The notes under the pieces are model-generated. The model saw nothing but the letters and a program-made list of their open reading frames with translations, was not told where the DNA came from and made no database searches. Below are positions 41,351-51,544 of a DNA stretch of 64,000 nucleotides, one piece after another; position 1 is the first letter of the stretch, and each line of letters begins with the position of its first letter. The DNA comes from Armatimonadota bacterium (lineage in GTDB: Bacteria; Armatimonadota; SYMT01): contig JAWLHY010000001.1 of assembly GCA_041690135.1 (NCBI GenBank), positions 1,536,001 through 1,600,000 of the forward strand, written 5' to 3'. The position numbers and the translations under genes were made by a program.

Positions 41351-42184
41351 CTACGACCAGGCGTCGTAGATCGTCTTGCTGGCCTGGCTGATGAACGCGG
41401 AGCCCTTGTTGTCGGCGGCGGAGACGGCGTCCCCGAAGTCTTTGGTCATCACGCAGATAGCCCAATCGGCCCGGGCCGTGTGGATCAGCCCGCCCTCGCA
41501 CCGGACCCCCTGGAGGCCGCCGGTCTTGCTGGCCACCCAGATCTCCTGGGGTTTGCCGAATTCGAAGGCGTAAGGGTCGAACGGCAGATACTTCCGCAGC
41601 GGCTCGATGTACTTCTGGATCCGCATGATCTGGAGCATCTGCTCCACGAACCGCGGGGGCAGCAACTCGCCGCGGTGCAGGGCTGCCAGGAAGTCGCAGA
41701 AGTCCTGCGGGACGGTCACGGCCAGGTTGTCGTTCGACTGGCGGATCAGGTCGAAGTCGATCCTATTGCGGAGCTCGGTTCGCGCCATTCCCGCTTCACG
41801 GGCGGCTGCATTGATCGCGTCTTTCCCCAGGCGGTCGATCAGCATGTTGGTGGCGGTGTTGTCGCTGATCGCCATCATCATCACCGCCACATCGCGCAGC
41901 GTCAGGTTGGCGCCCGCGTCGAAGTCGACCAGCAACCCCGATCCGAGGGTCCGGTCGGCCTGCCGCAGCGTCAATCGCTCCCCCATCTCCAACTGCCCGA
42001 GGGCGCACCGACGGATCAACTCGTACAGGATTACGATCTTGATCATGCTGGCGGTGGGAAAGCTCATGTCCGCATTGACCCGGATCTCCTCGCCCGAGGC
42101 GAGGTTCCGTGCGGCCACGCCGGCCGTGCCGGGAAACTCCGCGACCAGTTTTTCGATTTGTTTTTGAAGGGCGAGGTCAGGCAT
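41351..42184 (-). CDS. Class A beta-lactamase-related serine hydrolase
   Basis: SMIK (SxxK), SDN, KTG; no signal peptide. Confidence 0.88.
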   Translation of the reverse strand: MPDLALQKQIEKLVAEFPGTAGVAARNLASGEEIRVNADMSFPTASMIKIVILYELIRRCALGQLEMGERLTLRQADRTLGSGLLVDFDAGANLTLRDVAVMMMAISDNTATNMLIDRLGKDAINAAAREAGMARTELRNRIDFDLIRQSNDNLAVTVPQDFCDFLAALHRGELLPPRFVEQMLQIMRIQKYIEPLRKYLPFDPYAFEFGKPQEIWVASKTGGLQGVRCEGGLIHTARADWAICVMTKDFGDAVSAADNKGSAFISQASKTIYDAWS

Positions 42185-42383
42185 TGGGCATTCGCCTTTC
42201 AGGCTTTCAGGCGTACGACATTGGGCGCTGGGTCCCCCTTGGGGGCAAACATTGGGCATCCAGGTACGGGACCACCCCACGGACGGTAAGCATTCAGGGA
42301 AGTTGCCCATATATGGGTCAGCAGCCCCTGGTCAGAGAACTCGTCGCGAAATGCGACTCCTGATCTTAATCGTAATCCCAATC

Positions 42384-44045
42384 TCAGTCGGCCGAAGGCA
42401 AAACTGCGGTTTCGGAGAGCTCCGCGGAGAGCGGCCGGCTGAACCGGTACCCCTCTTTCTTCAGGGATACCACCTTTACGGCCATCCGGCGGCCCCGGTG
42501 GGGCACGAGGGACAGACCGCGGGCCTGGGCGAGGCCGGAGGTATCGGTGACGGCGGTTTGGGTGGCCCGGAACTTGCCGGAGGTGAATAGAAACTTCACC
42601 GCCACGCCCGCCAGGGGCCGGAATGATTCGTCGGAGATGCGCGCCTTGGCTTCCCCGGCGTAACGGTCCTGTTCCTGGCGGGGCACCAGTTGGACCGCCT
42701 CCACGCGGAGTTGTCGCGAGGGACCGGAAAGCGGACCGGCCAATGCGGACTCTACCACCGCGCGTGCGTCGACCCTCCCCCACCCATGACGCCCGTCGTA
42801 GGGGCGGCGGTCCGGCCGGTGTGCCGTGGCCTGGAGGAGTGCCCGGAGTTCGGAACCATCCGTCACCCCCACGCCCGCGGCGAGCGCGGCAATCCCGCTT
42901 ACATGGGCCGCTGCCATGGACGTGCCCTGTTGATCGTTGTTGACGAACTGGGTGGGATTGCCCCGGTAGAGGAACGTCTGCTGGATGATCCCGTCCGCGT
43001 ATAGATCTCCGTCGTGATCCGAAAAGAGGTAGCCGCCGGGCGCCATGACCGCTACGCCCTTGCCGTAAGCCGAGTAGTAGGCAAGGTTGCCCAGGTAATC
43101 GCCTCCGGTCACGCCCAGCACCTCCGCGTCGTACGCGGCCGGCCAGAGGGCCTGCGACTCGCCGGTATTCCCCGCGGCTCCCACCAGCAGGCAGCCCTTG
43201 CTCCGCGCGTAATCCACGGCATCCGCCACCACTTCCGCGGCTACTGTGCCACCGAAGGACATGTTGATCACGTGGGCGTCGTGATCGGCCAGCCAGCGGA
43301 TCCCCTCCGCGATGGCCGAATGGGGCAATACCACGGCGCTCGTGGGCGAGAGCGTGGTGGCGAGTACGGGCATCACGGTCGCTCCGGGCGCGATGCCCGC
43401 GGCCCCCACTCCATCGTTGACTCCGGCTGCGATCGTGCCGGCTACGTGGGTTCCGTGGTTCACCGCGTCATTCGCATGCTCGTTTCCGCGAATGACGTTC
43501 CGTGAATGCAGGAAGTGTGTTCCGGCAAAGTCCGGGGCAGTGACGAACTGCACGGGGAAATTCGGGTTGGAGCTGTCGAGGTAGTCCTCGTGAGCTACGC
43601 CGGAATCCAGCACCCCGACCCGGGCGCCGGCCCCTGGTATCCATCCGGCCGTCGCGAGCACCTCCCAGGCTCCATCGATCCGAGCGGCGCCGGGCGCCGT
43701 GGACCGGAAATTCCACTGGTGTGCATAGCCCGGATCGTTGGGGACGGCCTGTAGACGGGCATACCCGTTCGGTTCCGCGTAGATCACGTCGCGTCGGGCC
43801 CGTAACGAGCGAACGAGCGAGGGGATGGCCGTGCGACCGAGCCCGCGGATCACCCGGAATGGTGCGGTATCGCCCCGGTAACGCACGACGATCTCACCTG
43901 GCACCGCATCCAAGTGTTCGCTGGGGCCCGCCGCCGGCACCTGTTCGCACAGGGCCATCCCACTGAGGCAGCCAAGTACCCCGATGGTTACCCTCGGCCA
44001 TAGCACCCTGCGCACCCTATCTCCGGTTTCCGAACGGCGTGTCAT
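42384..44045 (-). CDS. Secreted S8 serine peptidase
   Basis: VLDSG, HGTHVAG, GTSMAAAHV; start uncertain. Confidence 0.9.
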   Translation of the reverse strand: MTRRSETGDRVRRVLWPRVTIGVLGCLSGMALCEQVPAAGPSEHLDAVPGEIVVRYRGDTAPFRVIRGLGRTAIPSLVRSLRARRDVIYAEPNGYARLQAVPNDPGYAHQWNFRSTAPGAARIDGAWEVLATAGWIPGAGARVGVLDSGVAHEDYLDSSNPNFPVQFVTAPDFAGTHFLHSRNVIRGNEHANDAVNHGTHVAGTIAAGVNDGVGAAGIAPGATVMPVLATTLSPTSAVVLPHSAIAEGIRWLADHDAHVINMSFGGTVAAEVVADAVDYARSKGCLLVGAAGNTGESQALWPAAYDAEVLGVTGGDYLGNLAYYSAYGKGVAVMAPGGYLFSDHDGDLYADGIIQQTFLYRGNPTQFVNNDQQGTSMAAAHVSGIAALAAGVGVTDGSELRALLQATAHRPDRRPYDGRHGWGRVDARAVVESALAGPLSGPSRQLRVEAVQLVPRQEQDRYAGEAKARISDESFRPLAGVAVKFLFTSGKFRATQTAVTDTSGLAQARGLSLVPHRGRRMAVKVVSLKKEGYRFSRPLSAELSETAVLPSAD

Positions 44046-44204
44046 CCCTTTTCCCACTCTCGCCAGCGCAAACAATAGCAGTGCTCTCCGAAGCCGCCCC
44101 ATCCCAGGGCCGGAGAAACGCCCCAACAACGTTCCACGCGCCACCATCCGTTCCCCTCTCCCGCCCGCCTATCGTTCGACGTATCCTTTGTTGGGTTTCG
44201 GGGG

Positions 44205-44233
44205 TATAATTAGACAAATGGCTAATTATCTAA
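44205..44233 (+). promoter_or_regulatory. -10 box and ArsR-type operator of sdpRI
   Basis: TATAAT directly followed by the inverted repeat TTAGACAA-N8-TTATCTAA. Confidence 0.55.
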
Positions 44234-44249
44234 AGACGGGGGAGCCTGA

Positions 44250-44543
44250 ATGGATGCGGCCTTCAAAGCACTGGCGGATCCCACGCGGCGGCGCGTCCTG
44301 CGGCTGCTGAATCGAGGGGAGATGACCGCCGGACAGATCGCCGAGCAGTTCCAAATTTCGGCCCCGTCGATGTCGCACCACTTCAATGTGTTGAAGCAGG
44401 CCGACCTCATCAGCGCCCGAAGAGAAGGACAGCAGATCTTCTACTCCCTCAACACCACGGTCTTTCAGGATGTGGTGGCGGCGCTGCTCGACCTGTTTCC
44501 GCAGGAAGAGGCCCCCTCGTTACAGGCAAGGAGTGATGCATGA
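44250..44543 (+). CDS. sdpR: ArsR family autorepressor, SdpR-like
   Basis: FKALADPTRRRVL, MTAGQIA, SHHFNVLK, YSLNTTVFQD; coupled to sdpI. Confidence 0.85.
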   Translation: MDAAFKALADPTRRRVLRLLNRGEMTAGQIAEQFQISAPSMSHHFNVLKQADLISARREGQQIFYSLNTTVFQDVVAALLDLFPQEEAPSLQARSDA

Positions 44544-45193
44544 CGACTCGCACAGTAATCACCGCAACCGCGGTGCTCACGCTGGCCGCCCTCGCATTCG
44601 CCGGCGCCGTGTATGGACAGTTGCCGGAGAAGATCCCCACCCATTGGAACTTGCACGGCGAGGTGGACGGGTGGAGCGACAAGCGCTGGGCCGCATACTT
44701 TGGCCCATTGATGATGGTGGGTGTCGCGGCCTTACTGCAGTTGCTGGCCCACGTTTCGCCGCGCCAGTTCGAGGTAGAGGACTTCCGCCCCACTTACAAC
44801 TACGTCACGCTGCTGCTGGTCCTTCTGATGGGCTACTTCCACGTGATGATGTTGCTGGGCGGACTTTATCCGCATCTGGAGATGGGACGCGTGCTCATCG
44901 CGGGTCTGATGCTGTTCATCGCGCTGCTCGGCAACGTGCTTGGCAAGGTGCGGCGAAACTTCTGGATGGGGGTACGCACGCCGTGGACTCTGGCAAGCGA
45001 TCGGGTATGGATCGCCACACACCGCCTGTCGGCCCGCTTGATGGTGGTTATCGGCGTGCTCGGAGCCCTGGCCGCGCTGGCAGGCGCTCCCCTCGCCGCT
45101 GTTTTCGGCGTGTTCTTTGTCACGTTCCTGGTGCCCGTCGTCTACTCGCTGGTCCTCTACAAGCGGCTGGAGCGGGAGGGGCAGCTGTCGTGA
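44540..45193 (+). CDS. sdpI: SdpI family immunity protein
   Basis: LPEKIPTHWNLHGEVDGW, GVRTPWTLASDRVWIATHR. Confidence 0.88.
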   Translation: MTTRTVITATAVLTLAALAFAGAVYGQLPEKIPTHWNLHGEVDGWSDKRWAAYFGPLMMVGVAALLQLLAHVSPRQFEVEDFRPTYNYVTLLLVLLMGYFHVMMLLGGLYPHLEMGRVLIAGLMLFIALLGNVLGKVRRNFWMGVRTPWTLASDRVWIATHRLSARLMVVIGVLGALAALAGAPLAAVFGVFFVTFLVPVVYSLVLYKRLEREGQLS

Positions 45194-45194
45194 C

Positions 45195-45611
45195 TCAGTT
45201 CGGCAGGCCCTGCAGGAGGAACAGGCGGAAGTCCGGCGCATCCTGGTAGCCGACGGCCTCGCGCACGACCTTGCCGTTCGGCCACATGATGATGGCGTGT
45301 GGGATGCTGGTGACCTTGAAACGCTTGGCCAAACCTCGCGCCTTGTCGAGATCGACTTTGACGGCCACATAGCGGCTGGCCACTTTCAGAACCTCGCGAT
45401 TCTTCAGTGTTGTCTGGGCCATCTTCTTGCATGGCCCGCACCAGTCGGCGTAGAACTCGATGAGCAGGGGTTTGCGGGTCTTCCGCGAGAGGGAGACTGC
45501 CTGGGCGTAGCTTTTTTCCCAACGGATAGAGGGATCGGCCGCGGGGGCCGCTGTTTGGCCGGCGAGGAGAAGGAACGCCAGGGCCAGCAGCAGGGGAAGG
45601 GTTCGGAACAT
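45195..45611 (-). CDS. Exported thioredoxin family protein
   Basis: Signal peptide, FYADWCGPCK. Confidence 0.9.
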   Translation of the reverse strand: MFRTLPLLLALAFLLLAGQTAAPAADPSIRWEKSYAQAVSLSRKTRKPLLIEFYADWCGPCKKMAQTTLKNREVLKVASRYVAVKVDLDKARGLAKRFKVTSIPHAIIMWPNGKVVREAVGYQDAPDFRLFLLQGLPN

Positions 45612-45711
45612 CGAGAACTCCCGAAGTCGAAGCTCGTATCACCTCTTACTACGCACTTCGACGCCCGAGAGTTGCCCGGAAACTTGCTTCGGCGCACAAG
45701 CGGCAGGAGAC

Positions 45712-46629
45712 TTGCTGCTGCGTTACCATACGCCTGTGGAGATCATCGTTAGTGAACAAGAACGGGGCGAACGCCTGGATCGGGTGCTCGCCGCGCGCAT
45801 CCCGGCAGTCAGCCGCATGTGGCTGCGCCAGGCCCTGGACATGGGAGAGGTTACGGTCAACGATGCCATCCAGCCTCCCGGCCACCGGGTAGACGCGGGC
45901 GACCGGATCCTCCTGGAGATCCCGGAAGGCACTGCGACGGCGATGACCCCCGAGGCGATCCCCCTTGAGATTATCTTCGAGGACGAGGAACTGGTGGTGG
46001 TGGAGAAGCCGGCCGGCATGGTGGTCCACCCGGTAGCGCATCATCGCGGCGGCACCCTGGTGAACGCCCTCGCCCATCATTTCAACGTGGTTGGAGCCGC
46101 CGACCCGCCCATCCGCGCCGGGCTCGTCCACCGTCTCGACCGCGCCACCTCCGGACTGATGGTCGTCGCCAAGACCCAACGCGCGCTCTCTCGTCTCACG
46201 ATTGAGTTCCAGAACAAGCAGGTCGAGAAGCGCTACCTGGCGCTGGTCCACGACAAGATCGAGTCAGAGGGCGGCGAGTGGGAAGCGCCGATCGGGAGCG
46301 ACCCGGAGGCGTTCCCGCGCTGGGGGATCCGCGCAGCGGGACGTCCGGCCCATACCCGGTATCACGTTCGGGATTCCTTGCGGGAACACACCCTTCTGGA
46401 ATTGGAGCCGGTGACCGGCCGCACCAACCAGCTCCGCCTCCATTGCGCCCACTTCGGGCATCCGATCGTGGGCGACGATCTCTTCGGGCGCGGTCCGGAG
46501 CCGGAACTGGGCCGGCTCTTCCTTCATGCTTACCGCCTCGGCTTCCGCCACCCCACCACGGGCGAGTGGATCACGTTCGAGGGGGCGCTGCCGGAGGTGT
46601 TGGAGAGATACCTGGCCAGGGTCTCGTGA
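45712..46629 (+). CDS. RluA family pseudouridine synthase with S4 domain
   Basis: GERLD, KPAGMVVHP, VHRLDRATSGL, TGRTNQLR; start may be slightly downstream. Confidence 0.93.
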   Translation: MLLRYHTPVEIIVSEQERGERLDRVLAARIPAVSRMWLRQALDMGEVTVNDAIQPPGHRVDAGDRILLEIPEGTATAMTPEAIPLEIIFEDEELVVVEKPAGMVVHPVAHHRGGTLVNALAHHFNVVGAADPPIRAGLVHRLDRATSGLMVVAKTQRALSRLTIEFQNKQVEKRYLALVHDKIESEGGEWEAPIGSDPEAFPRWGIRAAGRPAHTRYHVRDSLREHTLLELEPVTGRTNQLRLHCAHFGHPIVGDDLFGRGPEPELGRLFLHAYRLGFRHPTTGEWITFEGALPEVLERYLARVS

Positions 46630-46694
46630 CCGTGGTACTGGGATTGCCACGACGAACTTCTTTCAGACGTCGGCCAAGGAACATAACGCAGTAT

Positions 46695-46872
46695 TGGTAA
46701 CCAGCAATCAGTTCTGGGGCCTGCCCGGAGTCCCCGAGATATCGGGGCTTGCAGACAGGCCTTGTTGTCTGCTTGTTCCCAATGCGGTTCCGGCGTGTGG
46801 CCCATGGGCGAGTTCGTGGCCGAGATATCTCTCGGACTCCAGGCAAGACTCAGGACATTGTCCGGGTTGCCA
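46695..46872 (+). ncRNA. Candidate rod-shaped structured RNA (178 nt)
   Basis: Nested TGGTAACC/GGTTGCCA, GCAAT/ATTGT, GTTCTG/CAGGAC, TGCC/GGCA, GGAGTCC/GGACTCC, GAGATATC/GATATCTC. Confidence 0.4.
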
Positions 46873-46986
46873 GGACGGGCTTCTGATCCAGCCCTTCCCC
46901 TACCTGGATGGTTAATGCAGGGAGTAGGACCACTAAACGAGAACCAACCGGCAGTCTTACTCTCTCTCGTTTCCAGGCTCACTCCC

Positions 46987-48255
46987 ATGGACTTGAATAA
47001 CCGCTTCCCCCTGGGCCGTGCCGCACGCCCTCACGCTCCTTCCCCTTCCTTTTCGCGGGCTCGCCTGCCGCTGTTGGTGGCGGGGCTGCTCGTCTGCGGA
47101 GGGGCCGGACTTGCGGGCGCGCAGGCTACGTTCCCCCGCTTCGAGCACCAGACGATCGATCCCGAGTTCGGGATCGGATACGCGGTGACGGTGGCGGATG
47201 TCAACGGGGATCGCAAGCCAGACATCATCGGGGTCAACCAGAACCAGGTGAACTGGTATGAGAACCCTACCTGGACGAAGCACACCATCGTCAACGATGC
47301 CACGCCGCGGGATAACGTATGCATCGCCGCGGCAGACCTGGACGGGGACGGCAAGACCGAACTGGCGCTGGGGGCGTTCTGGAAACCATCCGACACGGTG
47401 GGCAGCGGCAGCGTGCACTGGCTGGCCCGTGGGGATGACCCCCGGCAACCCTGGAAGCCGGTGAACCTGGAGCCGGAGCCAACCGTTCACCGGATGCGCT
47501 GGGCCGACGTTGATGGAGACGGCAAGCTGGAACTGGTGATGGCTCCCCTCCACGGTCGCGGCAACAAAGGACCGGCCTTCGAGGGAGCCGGCGCGAAGAC
47601 TGTGGTTTACTATCCCCCGAAGCGCCCCTCCAGCGAGCCCTGGAAGCGCGAAGTCGCCGAGGACACGCTTCACGTGGTCCACAACCTCTGGCCGGTGCAA
47701 TGGGACGACGACCGCGCGGAAGAGATCCTGCTGGCCAGCTTCGAAGGGGTGCACCTTGTCGATCGCGGTCCCGACGGTCGCTGGTCGAACCGGAAGCTCG
47801 CGGACGGCAACCAGGAAACTCGCCCCAATCGCGGCAGCAGCGAAATCAAGGCCGGGATCCTGCCGAACGGTAAGCGATACCTGGCGACCATCGAGCCGTG
47901 GCACGGGTTCCAGGTGGTGGTCTACACAGAAGACGGGACGGGGGCCTGGAAACGACGGGTGCTCGATGAGACCCTGCGGGACGGCCATGGGGTGTGGTGC
48001 GCCGACATTGACGGCCGCACGGGGGATGAGCTACTGATCGGCTGGCGCGGGCCCGACACGGTCCACAAGAAGGTCGGCGTGGCTGCCTACGTGCCGGACA
48101 CCAACGGCGGGAAGTGGGAGAAACATCTGATCGACGACAACGGGATGGCCTGCGAAGACCTCACGGCCGCCGACCTGGACGGGGACGGCCGCCAGGACCT
48201 CGTGGCTTCCGGCCGGGCGACTCACAACTTGAAGATCTATTGGAACCGGCGATAG
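46987..48255 (+). CDS. FG-GAP/VCBS repeat beta-propeller protein
   Basis: Repeated ADVNGD/ADLDGDG motifs, signal-like N-terminus. Confidence 0.88.
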   Translation: MDLNNRFPLGRAARPHAPSPSFSRARLPLLVAGLLVCGGAGLAGAQATFPRFEHQTIDPEFGIGYAVTVADVNGDRKPDIIGVNQNQVNWYENPTWTKHTIVNDATPRDNVCIAAADLDGDGKTELALGAFWKPSDTVGSGSVHWLARGDDPRQPWKPVNLEPEPTVHRMRWADVDGDGKLELVMAPLHGRGNKGPAFEGAGAKTVVYYPPKRPSSEPWKREVAEDTLHVVHNLWPVQWDDDRAEEILLASFEGVHLVDRGPDGRWSNRKLADGNQETRPNRGSSEIKAGILPNGKRYLATIEPWHGFQVVVYTEDGTGAWKRRVLDETLRDGHGVWCADIDGRTGDELLIGWRGPDTVHKKVGVAAYVPDTNGGKWEKHLIDDNGMACEDLTAADLDGDGRQDLVASGRATHNLKIYWNRR

Positions 48256-48355
48256 GGGGTGCATCCGGCAAGTAGCGATCAGATTCGCACGTCACCGGAA
48301 GGCGTCAGGCGGAGTGGGTCGGGGTCCGTCCGGCAAGACTGGGAGAGCGGCACCT

Positions 48356-48543
48356 GTAGGGAACGTCTCGTACACCCGGCGAAGTTAGGGCCGCAGCGTT
48401 CCGCCGTCCTGGGGCCGATCCTGTCCTGACCACTCGTAGCCGTCCTGGACCAGGAAGGGTCCGGTTTGGCCTCACGGGATCAACATCGATACCTGTGGAA
48501 GGGAACGGCCCTAGCTGCGCCGGGTGTACGTCACATTCCCTAC
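48356..48543 (+). ncRNA. Rod-shaped structured RNA, 6S RNA-like candidate (188 nt)
   Basis: About 38-bp near-perfect closing stem, TTCCGC/GTGGAA, 12x13-nt central bubble, GATCCTGT/ACGGGATC, apical CTGGACC/GGTCCGG. Confidence 0.5.
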
Positions 48544-48725
48544 TATGCAGGGCGCACGTGACGCTGCGCGAGTCACTTCACCAGAGGTGGACAGAAATCC
48601 GTAACAGACCTCCCGGGTACAACACTAAGGGGGAATGAGATTGCTCTTGACAGAGGCGCTCCCATTCCCCCTTTTCACCCCCTCTCCCATTCCCCCTGTT
48701 AAAGGGGGTAGGTGGGGCCAATGCA

Positions 48726-51236
48726 TCAGTGCCGGAACTGGAACTCCTTGGAGTTGATGAGCACCCAGGCCAGGTCCTCCAGGGCTTCGCGCTTGTCGGC
48801 GGTGCGGGCGAAATGGGAGAGCCAGTTCTGACGCTCCTTGGCGCTGGGCATCCGGGCCAGGGAAGCCAGGTAGAAGTCCTCGATGAGCGCCGGGTCCGGC
48901 TTGCCGGACGCCGCCAGCGTGGCGGTTCGGCTTGAGTCGTCCCGCAGGCGACCATCCAGGCTGCGGCCACTGATGAGCGCCAGGGCCTGGAAGAGGTTCG
49001 GCTCTTTCTCCCGCTCGCACTCGCAGTTGAGGTTCCGATCGGGACGACCGAACGTCTTCAGGAACGGTGTTCGGGCCTTGGTGCCGGCGATCTGCATCGC
49101 CCGCGTTCCCTTCGGATAGCCGGGAAACTCCTCGGGCACGCCCGTCACCTGGGCGATGGCGTCGGAGAGCTGTTCGGCCGTCAGCATCCGCGGCAGCGCA
49201 TGCGAGAAGTAGGTCTGGTCGTCCTTGTTCAGCGGTTCGGGTCGCGCCGTAAGCTGGTACGTCCGGGAGTTCATGATCGTCCGGACCAGGTACTTCAAGT
49301 CGAAGCCGTGCTGGGCGAAGTCCTTACCCAGGGCTTCCAGCAGCGGCTCGTTCACCGGCGGGTTGGAAGCGCGGAAGTCGTCGATCGGCTCCACAATGCC
49401 GCGGCCCAGCAAATGCGACCATACCCGGTTGGCAATCGCCTTGCCGAAGAACGGGTTGTCCTGGCGGGTCATCCACTCCGCCAGGGCCTGGCGCCGGTCT
49501 TCATTCGGCTGGAAGGAAGGGAATTCCCCGGCGAGCAGCTTGGGCTTCATCACCAGGCCGGTGCGCAGGTGCTCTACCTCTCCCTTGGGACGGAGGTAGA
49601 TGGTCTCTTCTTCCTTGGTCGGCCCACCCTTCTTGCGGACCTGGCTGAAGAAGGCCGCAAACTGGTAGTACTCGTCCTGCGTCCACCGCTCGAACGGATG
49701 GTTGTGGCACTTGGCGCACGTCATCCGCACTCCGAGGAAGAGCTGGGCTACCGATTCGGAGAAGTCGTTCGGCTGCTCGAAGGTGCGGTAGTAGTTCGCG
49801 GGAGCGACGGAGAAGGTGGGTCCGGTGGCCGTGACGATCTCCTTCACGAACTGGTCCATCGGCTTGTTGGCCTTGATGCTGTCGCGGATCCAGTCGTGGA
49901 AGGCGCGGGCGCCCTGGTCCTTCATCGTCTCATCCTGCACGCGCAGGACATCGGCCCACTTCACCGCCCAGAAGTCGGCGAACTCAGGGCGCTCGGTCAG
50001 CCGCTCGATCAGTTTCGTCCGCTTATCCGGCGCGGGATCGCCAAGGAAGGCCCGGGCTTCTTCGGCCGTGGGCAGCAGGCCGATGGCGTCCAGGTAGGCG
50101 CGGCGCAGAAACTCCTGGTCGGATGACAGCCCCGAGGCGGGAATCTGGAACATCCGGAGCCGCTCGAACACCAGCTTGTCGATGAAGTTGCTCGGGGCCG
50201 GATTGTTCCAGCGGAAGCCCGGGACCTCCTTCAGGAAGGTGACCCGCTGGGTTTCGAGGGCTTCCTCGTAGCGAACCAGCACGGCGACTTCTCCGCGCTT
50301 GTAGCCTTCCACCAGGCCCTCGCGGCTGATGGTGGCCACTTCCTCATCGCTCGTGGAGAGTTTGGCCAGCGTGGTGACGTCGCGGACGCTGCCGTCCGAG
50401 TAGTGGGCCATTGCCACGATCTGCTGCTTCGCGCCGGGGAGCGCCAGCACGCGGTTTCCGGGCAGGATCTCCACGCGGGTGAGGCGCGGCGCAGTTTCGG
50501 GATCGGGCTTCATCCCCTCGCCGATCCAGCGGCTAATAACGTCAAACTCCGGCATGTCGCGGGAGAGGCGCTTGCCGCCGGCATGCGGCACCTCCGCCAT
50601 CGGCTTGAGGAGCAGGAGACTGCGGCCGGGGTCGGCCTTGTTCACGCGGCGCGCGCCGCCCTCCCGGGCCAGGCTCTGGAAGTCCGCATCCGGAGCATAG
50701 CCCTGGAGGCTGAGACGGAGGCCGCCCTTGCCCGTGGGGGTACCGTGGCAGGTGCCCATACTGCAGCCGGCCTTGGTCAGTGCCGGAACGACATCATGGG
50801 TGAAGGAAATCGGTTCCCGGCGCAGGGCTTCCGACACGGCCACCGAGAAGTTAGCCCGGGCCGCGCCCACCGTGACGGCCACCGTGACGGCGCCATCGCC
50901 CACCGGTCGCACTACGCGGCGGGTTTGATCCTTCACGACGGACGCCACCTTGGGGTTGGACACCTTGAAAACCGCGGCCTGGGTGAGGTCCTTGACCGCC
51001 CCATCGGAATAACGGCCGGTAACGATCAGACCCTGTTCGGCGCGCACGCCGCGCAGTTTCACGCTTGGCGGCAAGACTTCGATGCCGAGCAGCCTGGCCG
51101 CGGGCTTCTTCGCCTGGGCGGGAACGGCCTTCTTTAACGGGGCCGCCTTCTTTGCCGGCACCCGCTTCTTTGCGGGCGCTGCCGCGCAGGGCGCAGTGGC
51201 CGCGCAGGCCAGGATGATTGCTAAGCCTTTGTTCAT
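48726..51236 (-). CDS. DUF1549/DUF1553 protein with Ig-like (Big_2) domains
   Basis: GCSMGTCHG, FLRRAYLD, CAKCHNHPF, FGRPDR..CECER; start MNKGLA. Confidence 0.9.
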   Translation of the reverse strand: MNKGLAIILACAATAPCAAAPAKKRVPAKKAAPLKKAVPAQAKKPAARLLGIEVLPPSVKLRGVRAEQGLIVTGRYSDGAVKDLTQAAVFKVSNPKVASVVKDQTRRVVRPVGDGAVTVAVTVGAARANFSVAVSEALRREPISFTHDVVPALTKAGCSMGTCHGTPTGKGGLRLSLQGYAPDADFQSLAREGGARRVNKADPGRSLLLLKPMAEVPHAGGKRLSRDMPEFDVISRWIGEGMKPDPETAPRLTRVEILPGNRVLALPGAKQQIVAMAHYSDGSVRDVTTLAKLSTSDEEVATISREGLVEGYKRGEVAVLVRYEEALETQRVTFLKEVPGFRWNNPAPSNFIDKLVFERLRMFQIPASGLSSDQEFLRRAYLDAIGLLPTAEEARAFLGDPAPDKRTKLIERLTERPEFADFWAVKWADVLRVQDETMKDQGARAFHDWIRDSIKANKPMDQFVKEIVTATGPTFSVAPANYYRTFEQPNDFSESVAQLFLGVRMTCAKCHNHPFERWTQDEYYQFAAFFSQVRKKGGPTKEEETIYLRPKGEVEHLRTGLVMKPKLLAGEFPSFQPNEDRRQALAEWMTRQDNPFFGKAIANRVWSHLLGRGIVEPIDDFRASNPPVNEPLLEALGKDFAQHGFDLKYLVRTIMNSRTYQLTARPEPLNKDDQTYFSHALPRMLTAEQLSDAIAQVTGVPEEFPGYPKGTRAMQIAGTKARTPFLKTFGRPDRNLNCECEREKEPNLFQALALISGRSLDGRLRDDSSRTATLAASGKPDPALIEDFYLASLARMPSAKERQNWLSHFARTADKREALEDLAWVLINSKEFQFRH

Positions 51237-51544
51237 GGTTACGCTTCGCTGCCCCACAACTCGATAACGGGCTCGCCGTCCCGGACGATGGGCATCGGCC
51301 GGATCCATGGATCGCGCAGGTAGGGATGAGGAAAGAGCACCCGCGCGAAATGAAACTTGGCTGTGAGATCCTGGGGACACACGGACCTCTCATACATAAG
51401 TATAGGCCGTTTCGCCCCACTTGCCGATTACCGGACCGCCTCGAACCCCGGTGTCTTCCAGGGTAATACTGTAGCAGTAGGGCCAATGATCTCGCCCCAC
51501 ACTACGGTGACGAGACGCACACCCGGTTAAATGCTACAGCGGGA

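Noticed and set aside
41351-42184. Functional beta-lactamase resistance gene
   Set aside because: No signal peptide and no evident omega-loop Glu166 motif; kept as a related serine hydrolase
44250-45193. Complete sdp cannibalism toxin system
   Set aside because: Only regulator and immunity genes are present, with no sdpABC nearby; orphan sdpRI pairs are common
46695-46872. Integron attC site
   Set aside because: AAC/GTT pair at the base, but the RYYYAAC and GTTRRRY boxes do not fit, it is longer than typical, and there is no integrase in the window
48440-48470. SRP RNA (GGACCAGGAAGGGTCC)
   Set aside because: Lacks the CAGG...GNRA...AGCAG helix-8 signature
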